DNA from: Mantamonas sphyraenae STR306
Lineage: Eukaryota > Protista > CRuMs
Reading direction: 5' to 3'
Assembly: GCA_026936335.1 (NCBI GenBank)
Contig: JAPMXV010000016.1
Span: 1 to 64,000, forward strand
Length of the DNA stretch: 64,000 nt
Within the stretch, counting starts at the first letter, position 1. Every line of letters starts with the position of its first letter. The notes under the pieces are model-generated. The model worked only from the letters and a program-made list of their open reading frames with translations. It ran no database searches and had not been told where the DNA came from. Of the stretch, positions 22,488 to 32,664 are shown one piece after another. The position numbers were made by a program, and so were the translations under genes.

Positions 22488-24662
22488 TCAACCCGCTGCA
22501 GCCTCCAACACAACCCCAAGCTCCTCCTCCACCTTGCGCCACGCACTCACCGTCTCTCGCAACACCCCACTCACCTGCTCGGCGTCCTCCAGCTCCAGTG
22601 CCGCCCGACACCGCCTTCCCAATGCCTCCAGCTCACGCAACCCCAAACTCCCGCTCACTTTCGCCATCCACGCCTGTGCACTGCACAGCTGCACAACCTT
22701 GTTGTGCTCCCCGCTTCTCATCGCCCCTTGCAGTTCCTCATACAGCCACTTTCTCCCTTCCCGCAGCGACATCCGAAGGAAATCAGCGAAAAAGTGCGGA
22801 TCCGCCTCGTCGTCGCACGTTTGCATCAGCTCCACCCGTCGCCTGCTCACGTGTGCCTCTCGCACCGTGTGCAAACGCAACTCTCCACCCCGTGCCGCCT
22901 CAATCGCCTCGAGACCCTCATCGCTCACACGGTCACACCAAAGCACTCGCAGCTCCCGCAAGCTCTCCTGCTCGCTCCACACCACGGCGCTCGCGTCGCT
23001 GATCCCCACGCACCCGTACACAAGCAGCCATTCTAGCTCCTTGCATCTGCCCAATGCAGCCACCCCCGCGTCTCCAACACGAGTGCACCCGTACAAGTCC
23101 ACACGCCTCAGTCCCGCACACTCTTCAGCCAACATACGCACCCCGGCGTCCGTGATCCCTTCCCCATGTCCAAACCGCCCCAGTCGGATCTCTTCCAGAC
23201 CAGCGCATCCGCTCGCCAGATACGCCAGCCCTTCGTCCGTGATCCCGTGCCCCGCTCGCGTCAAGTCGATCGACCGCAACTGCTTGCATCCATGCGCAAG
23301 GTACGACAGACCCCTGTCCGTCACCTTTGGCGCATACGCCACGCTCACTGCCTGCAGCTCTTTGCACTTGCTCAGCTGGTGCAGCGAAGCATCCGTCAGA
23401 TGCGACTCGGTTTCGAATCCTCGCGACCCACCAAAGCATCCACCCATGTCTACGCTTTCCAGCTCGCTGCACAGACCCACAAACACGCCCACATGCTTGT
23501 CCTGCAGCCCCCGCACTCTCGACAGGTCCAGATCCCGCACCCGATTTCCTTCCCCTCCCTGTAGCCCACACACCTCCAGCGCATCCCCGCACATCTCCAC
23601 CACATCCAGTGCCGCTTCGTGCAGCCTCAGCTCCGTCATGCTCTCCCGGCACGCGCTCAGCAAGCCCCAAACTCCACGCGTCGACACTCCCGTCGCCACT
23701 GCTCTGCTCAGCTCCACAACCTCCATCGCCTCATCCCCAACTGCCATCAGCAGTCTATCACACAGCCTATCTGTTGCCACTGCCCGTTCCAGCACTGCTT
23801 CCTTGACCCACAGGGGCGTCCCTCGCAGCTCCGCTCCGCTCACCATCCCGTGTGCCCTCGACGCCTGAAACACAACCTCGTCCACACACAGCGCTTGAAG
23901 AGACCGCACCTCTTCCACCACCTTTCTCCTCCCCGCCCCGAGTGCCTCCTCGAACCTTTTCACAAGCTGCACTTCCAAGCTCGCCGCCACGTCTGCAATC
24001 CACCGTGGCTCCTCCACAACCTCCACAACCTCCACAACCTCCACAACCTCCTCCTTGACCCTGCTCCGCCTCCTTCCTGCCCCCACCGCCGTCACCGGAC
24101 GCCTCCGTTGCGACAACGGCCGTTTCCCCACCTCCACCTCCACACCGTATCCACCCACTCCTTCTTCATGCCTCCTCATCCTCCCACTCTGTGCCGTCTG
24201 CGGACGTACAACACGCCGCTCCTCCGCCTTCCATCGCCGTTCCTGTCTCCTCTCCCGCCGCATGACTTGCGCGCTTGCCGGCCGTTGCGGACGCACCCCG
24301 GAAAACACAACCAGCTCGCTCGGCAACGCATCTACGCTCCGCCTCCATCCACTCCCGATCGCGCTCATGGGTCGCTGCTGTACTCTCTCCACCCTCCTCC
24401 CAGTCACCATCCCCATCACCCCTTCTACCCGCTCTCCGCGCAAGCACATCTGCTTCTTCCTCCCGCCTCCCTCTCTCTCATCGTCCTCCATCTTGCCCCC
24501 CCTCCCAACCACCACTCCCTCCAATTCTCCTCTACTTCCCCTACGCCTTCCACCTTTCTTTCCCTTGCCCAATGGCGGCTTCGCCACGCCCCGCCTCCCC
24601 TTTCCCTTTCTGCTCTTTTTCACCCCGCCGTCACTGCTCCCACTCACTCCCCCTCTGCTCAT
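22488..24662 (-). CDS. Cysteine-containing LRR (FBXL/AMN1-type) protein with basic disordered N-terminus and C-terminal HPt-like domain lacking the His (~724 aa; alternative start 24686)
   Basis: Repeats C..L..(I/V).L......(I/V)TD.GL..LA. N-terminal RPxS/TA motifs. C-terminal helical segment DDEADPHFF...SGSLG... Confidence 0.75.
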   Translation of the reverse strand: MSRGGVSGSSDGGVKKSRKGKGRRGVAKPPLGKGKKGGRRRGSRGELEGVVVGRGGKMEDDEREGGGRKKQMCLRGERVEGVMGMVTGRRVERVQQRPMSAIGSGWRRSVDALPSELVVFSGVRPQRPASAQVMRRERRQERRWKAEERRVVRPQTAQSGRMRRHEEGVGGYGVEVEVGKRPLSQRRRPVTAVGAGRRRSRVKEEVVEVVEVVEVVEEPRWIADVAASLEVQLVKRFEEALGAGRRKVVEEVRSLQALCVDEVVFQASRAHGMVSGAELRGTPLWVKEAVLERAVATDRLCDRLLMAVGDEAMEVVELSRAVATGVSTRGVWGLLSACRESMTELRLHEAALDVVEMCGDALEVCGLQGGEGNRVRDLDLSRVRGLQDKHVGVFVGLCSELESVDMGGCFGGSRGFETESHLTDASLHQLSKCKELQAVSVAYAPKVTDRGLSYLAHGCKQLRSIDLTRAGHGITDEGLAYLASGCAGLEEIRLGRFGHGEGITDAGVRMLAEECAGLRRVDLYGCTRVGDAGVAALGRCKELEWLLVYGCVGISDASAVVWSEQESLRELRVLWCDRVSDEGLEAIEAARGGELRLHTVREAHVSRRRVELMQTCDDEADPHFFADFLRMSLREGRKWLYEELQGAMRSGEHNKVVQLCSAQAWMAKVSGSLGLRELEALGRRCRAALELEDAEQVSGVLRETVSAWRKVEEELGVVLEAAAG

Positions 24663-24752
24663 CCCTGTGCCCACGACTGCAAACATCCTCCCGCTCCTAT
24701 GCCTTGCCCCCCACTGCGCTCCTGCCCACCCAAACCAAAAAACCATCCACGC

Positions 24753-25906
24753 ATGTCCTCCTCCTCGGCAAACTCGGACCTCGACCGCCAAATTGAGCAG
24801 CTCATGCGCTGCGAGTACCTCAAAGAGTCCGAGGTCAAGGCCCTGTGCCAAAAGGCTCGAGAGATCCTGATGGAGGAATCCAACGTCCAGCGCGTCGACG
24901 CACCCGTCACCGTACGTCCACTGGCCCGTCGGCCCGCTTTCCCCCTTCATACACTCATCCAATGTCCACTCTCCGCCCTCCGCTCGTTCCCTCATCCCTC
25001 ACACCTCTCTTTCCCTCCCCTTCCACGCTTCGCATGCGCAGATCTGCGGCGACATCCATGGCCAGTTTTATGACCTGCGCGAGCTCCTCAAGGTTGGCGG
25101 TCAGTGCCCGGATACAAACTATCTCTTTATGGGCGACTTTGTCGACCGCGGCTTCTTCTCCGTCGAGACCTTCCTTCTCCTCCTCGCCCTCAAGGTGCGT
25201 TTGGGCTTTTTTGGGGCATTCCGCGCCCTTTCTTCACGCAACCCGTCCTAACCCGCCCTTTCCTCCTTTCCCACAGGTCCGCTACCCCGACCGCATTACC
25301 CTCATCCGTGGCAACCACGAGTCTCGCCAAATCACACAGGTCTACGGCTTCTACGACGAGTGCCTCCGCAAGTACGGCTCCGTCAACGTCTGGCGCTACT
25401 GCACCGACATCTTTGACTATCTCAGCCTCTCAGCCCTCATCGAAGACAAGTTCTTCTGTGTCCACGGCGGGCTCTCCCCCAGCATCCACACCCTCGACCA
25501 GATCCGCACCATCGACCGCAAGCAGGAGGTGCCCCACGACGGCGCCATGTGCGATCTTCTCTGGTCCGACCCGGACGAGGGCGTCTCCTCCCAAGGCTGG
25601 GGAATGTCTCCACGCGGCGCAGGCTTCCTCTTTGGCGGCACTGTCGTCGACGAGTTTCTCCACAAGAATGCCCTCACCAAGATTGCTCGCGCCCATCAGC
25701 TCGTCATGGAAGGGTACAAGCCCATGTTCGATGACAAGCTCTACACCGTCTGGTCCGCCCCCAACTACTGCTACCGCTGCGGCAACGTCGCTTCCATCCT
25801 CGAGCTTGACGAGAACCTCGCCACCACATTCAAGGTCTTTGAGGCTGCACCCCAAAACGAGCGCGGCAAGCCCGTCCGCAAGCAGGCCCCCGAGTACTTT
25901 CTCTGA
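24753..25906 (+). CDS. PPP4C: Ser/Thr protein phosphatase 4 catalytic subunit (313 aa); join(24753..24911,25042..25194,25277..25906)
   Basis: [57 protein letters not shown] and a C-terminal YFL. Canonical introns. Confidence 0.95.
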
Positions 25907-25953
25907 TCGCGCCCACACAACCTGCCTGTACATACATTTTCCTTACACTCCTC

Positions 25954-27243
25954 CTACCTCTTCCCTCCATGCATCGCTTGCTCGTACGCCACCTGCTGCG
26001 AAATGCTCGCAATAATCTTTAGCGCCTCCTCCTCCGCCGCCTCCTCTTGCTGCGCCGCCGACCTCATGTCAAACAAGTCCATCCCAAACAGCCCGCCTCC
26101 ACTCCCTCCTCCTCCTCCTCCTCCTCCTGCCCCTCCCCCGCCACCAAGCCGCGTCGACAGTGCTCCGTCGTCCTCTTCTTCGTCCGACTCTCCAAAGAAC
26201 GCGTCATCCAGCACACTCGCGTACCCACCTGGTTTCTTCACCTCCTCATCCTCTTCCTCCACCTCCTCCTCTTCCTCCTCATCCTCCCGCTCAACCTCAT
26301 CCTCACCCACACCGTTCTGCCTCTCTTCCTTTCCCCCCTCCCTCTTCTTCCCACCCCCCATCCCTCCCAACATCGCCTCGCTGAAACGCACACTCGTTGT
26401 CGGCCTAATGCCTGCTCCTCCGCCTGCCCCCGCTGTCCCACTCCCGTGCACAAAGCTCGTTGTTGCGCTCCCGAATTCATACCCGGTCTGCTTCCCATAC
26501 CGCTTGGCAGGCGCTATCTCCTGCTCACTTGCACTCCCCGAGAACATTTCCTTCAGCTTTAGGCTCGTTCCGCTAAACAACTGCTTGCCCTTGCCCTCCT
26601 TCCGCGACCAAAAGTCCTGGTCCAGCGATTTCCGCTCCACCTCTTCCGCGCTCCCACGCGGCGACATGCTCCCACGCGGTCCGTTCAGCTCCTCTTCCAT
26701 CGACCTGCTGCTTGTCGATCGGCCTGTATCCTCCTCCGTCTCCACAGCCTCGCTTTCCATCCCTTGCCCGTCCTCAGACCTGGGCCCCTCTCGCTTCCCA
26801 AACAACTTGAGAGCCCCCACACTCTGCAGACGTCCAAGTTTGCCCAGCAACCGCTCCTGTGCACGCGCCACCTTGTTCCCCTCTGGTTCTTCGTCATCCA
26901 ACCCTCCTCCCATCTGCCCCGCTCCTGTGTCCTCCCCCTCCGTCCCGCCTCCCGACCACTCCTCCCCCTCCAGCTCTCGCCGACGAGCATGCCGCGCCAA
27001 AAACAGCTGTGCAATCCTCTCTTGTGTTTCTTCCACTCCCATGTCTCCGTCTCCTCCTTCTCTTCCGCCCGTCTCCTCTCTCCCGCCGCCCTCTTTCTCG
27101 TCGCTCCCAACTTGCAACGCCACCCCTTCCCAGCCCCCGTCCTGGCCCATTTCCTCCTCCATCGCCCTCCTCCGCGCTTCCCGCCGCTCCTGAAGCCGTA
27201 CCAGCCGCGCCTGCAGCTCTGCGTCTGCCTCCTCTGCGTCCAT
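25954..27243 (-). CDS. Hypothetical low-complexity E/G-rich, probably disordered protein (~429 aa)
   Basis: Open frame from MDAEEADAELQARL fills the gap between PP4C and the next gene. Coiled-coil-like N-terminus, acidic and poly-Gly tracts, no recognised domain. Confidence 0.6.
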   Translation of the reverse strand: MDAEEADAELQARLVRLQERREARRRAMEEEMGQDGGWEGVALQVGSDEKEGGGREETGGREGGDGDMGVEETQERIAQLFLARHARRRELEGEEWSGGGTEGEDTGAGQMGGGLDDEEPEGNKVARAQERLLGKLGRLQSVGALKLFGKREGPRSEDGQGMESEAVETEEDTGRSTSSRSMEEELNGPRGSMSPRGSAEEVERKSLDQDFWSRKEGKGKQLFSGTSLKLKEMFSGSASEQEIAPAKRYGKQTGYEFGSATTSFVHGSGTAGAGGGAGIRPTTSVRFSEAMLGGMGGGKKREGGKEERQNGVGEDEVEREDEEEEEEVEEEDEEVKKPGGYASVLDDAFFGESDEEEDDGALSTRLGGGGGAGGGGGGGGSGGGLFGMDLFDMRSAAQQEEAAEEEALKIIASISQQVAYEQAMHGGKR

Positions 27244-27299
27244 GCCTTTGCCTGCCACTGCGCGTGCGCGTCTGCCCTTCCACCCCAACCACCACAACA

Positions 27300-30200
27300 A
27301 TGTCCCTCAACCCCGACATCGACGACCTGCTCGTCTGTGATTTTGAGTGTCCCTACGACGTCTTTGTCGAGGACAAGTACGAGTGCACATCCAACCCCGA
27401 TGGCATCATCTGTGCCGCTTACGCTGAAAACCTCCTCCTCTGGGATGTTCTCGAGCCCAAGATCCGTTCCTTTCGCCTCTTGCAGCCCCAGCACACCCAG
27501 TACGAGTACAGCTACGGCTCTGCAGACATCCGCGCCGCCTTTTCCCAATTCCTCGGTACGTTGACTGCCTCTTGGCCCACCTCCCTTGCCCAGTTCTTCC
27601 CCCCCCCCCGCCCTAACCCTCTCCCCTCCCTTCCCACACTGCCCAGGCCGCTTCACAACGCGCGTCATCCAGCCCAACCAGCTCATTGTTGCTTCTGGAT
27701 GCAGTGCAGTCCTCGACATTCTCGTGCACACCCTCTGCTGCCCAGACGAGGGCATTCTCGTTCCCACTCCGTGTTACCACAATTTCGAGCGTGCCTTTTC
27801 CTACCGCAACCAGACCCGTTTTCTCTCGGTTCCCACCATCGACCTCGATCCCGCAGCCCTCCAGGCTTCCCTCGATGAGCACAAGGCCACGGGTGTCACT
27901 GTCAAGGTTCGTTCCCCGTCTCCCCATCGCCCCCCACTTTCTCTCCGCACAGCCCGCGAGTTTTCCCGTTTTCCCGATCTCGTAAACACGCAAAAAAAAA
28001 GCCCCGTCCGTTTTTCCGGCTCACACCCGTCCACTGTACACTCCTCCCCAGGCCTTCCTTCTCACCACACCCCACTCTCCTACCGGCCGTGTCTACACTC
28101 GTTCCGAGCTCGAGGATGCCGTTCAGTTCTGTATGGACAATGGCCTCCACCTCATCGCAGACGAGACATACCTCCCTCACGTCTTCCAAAGCGACCGCTC
28201 CGAGCGTGCCCCGAGCGTCCTTGACCTCATTGGAGACGACGAGCAGCGCCAGCAGCGTGTCCACGTCATCACCTCCCTCAGCAAGCTCGGCATGGCCGGC
28301 TTCAAGGTCGGCACCCTGTTTTCCGCAAACGACGTCGTCATCCAGGCCTGCCGCAAGCTCTCCTGGTTCTGCCAAGTCTCCACCGACACCCAATTCCTCG
28401 TCACCCAGATCCTCAACGATGTCCCCTTTACCGATCGCCTCATTGCCATCAACAAGGACCGCTTGCGCGACGCCTACGCAAACGCCGTCCAGCACCTCCA
28501 GCAGCAGGGCATCCCCTACGTCGAGGCTGGCTGTGGCCTCACTGTCCTCCTCGACTTTCGCCATGCCATCGGCGACGATGAAGGACAGTGCTCCACGGAG
28601 GAAAAGCTCTTCAACCTCCTCCTCCACGACGCAAAGGTCCTCCTCACAAAGGGCACCGACATGCGCTGCGCACAGCCGGGCTTCTTCCGCCTCACCTTTG
28701 CCAACGACATGATCATGGTTACCGAGGCCATCCGCCGTCTCGGCGCCTACATGCGCACCCACCATCCCGCCGTACGCGCCGCCAGCGCCGCTCTACGCCT
28801 TCAAAAGATCTGGGCCCGCTCCGACCTCATCTTTGGTATGCTCACCGACGACGGCATTATGCAGAAGCCCATCGACCTGCGCCACCCCTTTATCTTCTAC
28901 CTCGGCCACCTTCCTGCCTTTGCCTGGAACCAGATCAAGGCTGTCACAGGTGCAGACACCTGGAACGAAGAGTTTGACACCTTGTTTGAGCGCGGCATCG
29001 ACCCGGACGTCGAGACGGGCAAGGTCCACAAGCATAGCTGCGACCGCAAGCGCACAGAGTGGCCCTCCGTCGACCAGATCCTCGCCTACCGCGACCAGGT
29101 CCGCACGGCCATCGTTGCCCAGCTCACCGGCATCTACGACGACCAGCAAGACTCCATGAAGTTCAACGGCCGCGTAGTCGAGCTCGCCATGGAGCACGAG
29201 CTCATGCACCAGGAAACCCTCCTCTACATGTTCCACCAGCTCGACCGCAAGTACATGACCCGTCCCGACGGCGCCTCCACCAGCATGCGCCTCGCCACAG
29301 ACATCCCTGTCGTCCGCAACCCCTACGTCCAGATCTCCGCCGGTCCGGTCTCCATGGGTGTCAACGAGGACGAGATCAAGTGGGGCTGGGACAACGAGTT
29401 TCCACGCCAGAAGGACGCCTGGGTCGACACCTTTGTCCTGCAAAAGTACCCCGTCACCAACGGCGACTACCTTGCCTTTGTCAACTCTGGCGGCTACGCC
29501 AACCGCAGCCTCTGGACCGACTCCGACTGGGAGTGGAAAGAAGGTAACTTGAGTGGTTGCACAGCATCCCCTTGCACACCCTTGCACTCCCTTGCACTCC
29601 CTTACCACCCCCCAACTCACACACCCCCGCCCGCAGAATGGAACATCACACACCCAATCTTCTGGTCCTACAACTCAGAGTCCTCAAAATGGGTCGTTTC
29701 CTCCATGTTCGACGTCATGCCCCTGAGCGACGTCCTCGACTGGCCTGTGACCGTCTCCCAGGCTGAAGCCAGCGCCTACTGTCGCTGGGTGAACGGCAGG
29801 CTGCCCACCGAAGAGGAATGGGTCCGTGCTGCCTACTCGACGCGCAACTCGGACAACCGCTCACGCAAGTACCCCTGGGGCAACGAGGAACCCACCCAGG
29901 CCCACGGCAACTTTCATTTCGGCACCTGGTCCCCGACCCCGGTCAACGCACACCCGCGCGGCGCGTCCGCCTGGGGCATCCACGATCTCCTTGGCAACGG
30001 CTGGGAGTGGACAAGTTCCAAGTTCAACGGCTTCCCGGGCTTCAAGGCAAACATCGAGACCTACCAGGGCTACTCCCAGGACTTTTTCGACGACAAGCAC
30101 TTTGTCATGCGCGGCGCCTCTTGGGCCACAGACGCACAGCTTATGCGCCCCTCCTTCCGCAACTGGTACCAGGGCCACTACCCCTACGTATTTAGCAAGT

Positions 30201-31384
30201 TCCGCGTCGCACGCGACTCTGGCCTTGCTGTGTCCCTCGATTCCGGCGCCTCATCCTCATCCTCCTCGTCCAGCCCATCCTCTCGTCCCGCCCGCACAGG
30301 CTCCGTCGGTTCCCTCGGCTCCGTCGACGACGAAGCTGCCCTCGCTGCTCAGATGCCTCTCGCAAAGGTCGACAACAACGCCACCCTCTGCCTCCTTTCC
30401 GACGGCAGCCTCTCCGGACTCGACGAGCAGTTTGCCGTCGATGTTCTCAGCGGCCTCAGTGGCCTCGAGAAGCGTGTGCCCAGCGTCTACTTCTACGACG
30501 ACGTCGGCTCCGAGCTCTTTGCCGCCATCACAGACCTCGAAGAGTACTACCCGACTCGTTGCGAGGCCGAGATCCTCGAGACCCACCGCAGCTCCCTCGC
30601 CGCCCTCCTCAACGAGACTGGCAAGAACCTCAACCTTGTTGAACTCGGCGCAGGCGACGGCAAAAAGACTGCCATCCTCCTCAAGTATCTGGTCCAGAGC
30701 AAGGTCGACGTCACCTACGTGCCCATCGACATCTCCCAGGGCGCCCTCCACTCTCTTCAGGGCAAGATGCGCAGCCAGTTTGCAGAGCAAGACCTCCGCA
30801 TCGTCAGCCTCGTGGCAGACAACATCGACGGTCTCCGCTGGGTCTCCCAACACAGTGACGACACCCAGCAGAGCGTCGTCATGTTCCTCGGCTCCAGCAT
30901 CGGCAACTACGACGAGGCTGGCGCAATCGTCTTTCTCCAGAGCCTTTGGCACGCCATGCAGCACAACGACTACCTCCTCATTGGCTTTGACCTCAAGAAG
31001 GATGTCAAGACCCTCGTCGCAGCCTACAACGATTCCCAGGGCGTCACCACAGAGTTCAACATGAACCTCCTCGACCGCATGAACCAAACCCTCAGTGCAG
31101 ACTTTGATCGCGACAGCTTCATCCACTGCGGCAACTACAACCCGCGCAGCGGCGCCATGGAAAGCTGGCTCATCTCCACAAAGCCCCAGGAAGTCTATCT
31201 CGGCAAGCTCAAGAAGCGAGTTCGCTTTGCCGAGTGGGAGGGTATGCGCACAGAGTACTCCTTCAAGTACACACGTGCCGACATTGCCATGCTTGCCGAG
31301 GCCAGTGGCTTCACCGTCGTCGACAACTTTGAAGACTCCAACGGCTGGTTTGTCGACTCCCTCTGGCGTGTCGTCAAGGAGTAG
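27300..31384 (+). CDS. Trifunctional ergothioneine-biosynthesis candidate (~1,251 aa): ACC-synthase-like PLP enzyme + Egt1/EgtB sulfoxide synthase (DinB_2 + FGE-like) + EgtD histidine N-alpha-trimethyltransferase; join(27300..27555,27647..27906,28052..29543,29637..31384)
   Basis: PLP domain: NPDGII..AENLL, LVPTPCY, TPHSPTG, IADETY, SLSKLG, GFFRLTFA. Sulfoxide synthase: KPIDLRHPFIFYLGH, FERGIDPDV, EHELMHQETLLYM, GWDNE, GNGWEWT, YQGYSQDFFD, FRNWY. EgtD: YFYDDVGSELF, EYYPTR, LVELGAGDGKKT, FLGSSIGN, AYND..GVT, RTEYSFKY. Confidence 0.9.
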
Positions 31385-31514
31385 TCTGTCAGACCAAAGC
31401 CCCTTGCAATCCTAGCATCCTTGCATCCCCTGAACTCTCATTGCCAATGAAGACGACCTTTGGACCCCGCCCCCCGCCAACTCCCCCAAACCGAACCGAC
31501 CCCCGACCACACAC

Positions 31515-32594
31515 ATGACCTCCATTGTCAAGGCCTCGTCTGCCAACACACAGCTGGAGTCCTATCTCACCAACTCGGAAGACCTCGTCTCCTCCTCCTC
31601 CTCCTCCTCCACCAGCGAGGCTTCTGGCGCAAAGACCCACGCCTTCCAGCCCTACGAGAACAACGGCGGGTAGGTCGTCATGCCTTGACCCTCGCTCCCC
31701 TCACACCCACCCAACCTCACACCCACCACCCTCCCTCTTACCCATTCTCCAAACCCACCCTGCCTCTCTGTCCTCCCTTCCGCCCGGCCCCTGCTCCCAC
31801 AGCACCTGCGTCGCCATCGCTGGAGCCGACTTTGTTGTCCTCGCTGCAGACACACGCATGAGCTCAGGCTACTCCATTGTGTCCCGCACAGTGTCCAAGA
31901 CCACCAAGCTGTACGTCTGCACACCCTCTTTCAGCAGCCCACCTCCTTCACGCCCTGCCAAGTCCCCGTTCCATTCCTCCCGACTTTCCGGCCCGAGAAT
32001 ATCCCCTCTTTCCGCCCCCCACCGCGCTCACCCGTCCTTCTCCCCACCCCCGCCACCCCTCCTTTATTTCCCCGCCCACTCTCTTCCAGCACCGACAAGT
32101 GTGTCATCGGCACCTCGGGCATGCAGTCCGACACCTGCACTCTGCACAAGACCCTCACCGCACGCGCCGTCATGTATCGCCACGATCACAAAAAGACCAT
32201 GACCACCACGGCCATTGCCCAACTCCTCGGAAACACCCTCTACTACCGGCGGTTCTTCCCCTACTACACATTCAACATCCTTGCCGGCCTTGACGAAGAA
32301 GGCAAGGGTGCTGTCTACTCCTACGACGCCGTTGGCTCCTTCCAGCGCGTCGGCTTCAACTGCTCCGGCACAGGCCAGAACCTCATCCAGCCCCTCCTCG
32401 ACAACCAGCTCGGCCAGCAGCACCAGCGAATCAAGCGCGAAGAGCCCCTCTCTCTCGAAGAGACCGTCGACCTCATCAAGGACTGCTTCTCCACCGCCTG
32501 CGAGCGCGACATTTACACCGGCGACACCGTCGAGATTTACACCATCAGTGCCAACGGCCTTGACATGGAAGAGTTTGAGTTGAAGATGGACTAA
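31515..32594 (+). CDS. PSMB1: 20S proteasome subunit beta type-1 (beta6/Pre7), ~255 aa; join(31515..31669,31803..31910,32090..32594)
   Basis: FQPYENNGGTCVAIAGADF..AADTR, LYYRRFFPYY, LAGLDEEGKGAVYSYD.VGS, ERDIYTGD. Confidence 0.93.
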
Positions 32595-32664
32595 CCACGC
32601 AAGCAAGCAATGCAATGAACAGCTGCGCCACCCAACCCCCTCCCTCCCCCAACACAACTTCCCC

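Noticed and set aside
24687-24995. Upstream extension of the LRR ORF to 835 aa
   Set aside because: It is antisense to PP4C exon 1 and intron 1.
27611-27620. Interstitial telomeric sequence CCCTAACCCT
   Set aside because: Under two units long, and located where the intron branch point (CTAAC) is expected.
28790-31384. Ovothiol synthase OvoA (sulfoxide synthase + C-terminal methyltransferase order)
   Set aside because: The methyltransferase has EgtD motifs, and the synthase has FERGIDPDV / MHQETLLYM (Egt1-type) rather than the OvoA GVDEMSWDD / IHLETSSVL motifs.
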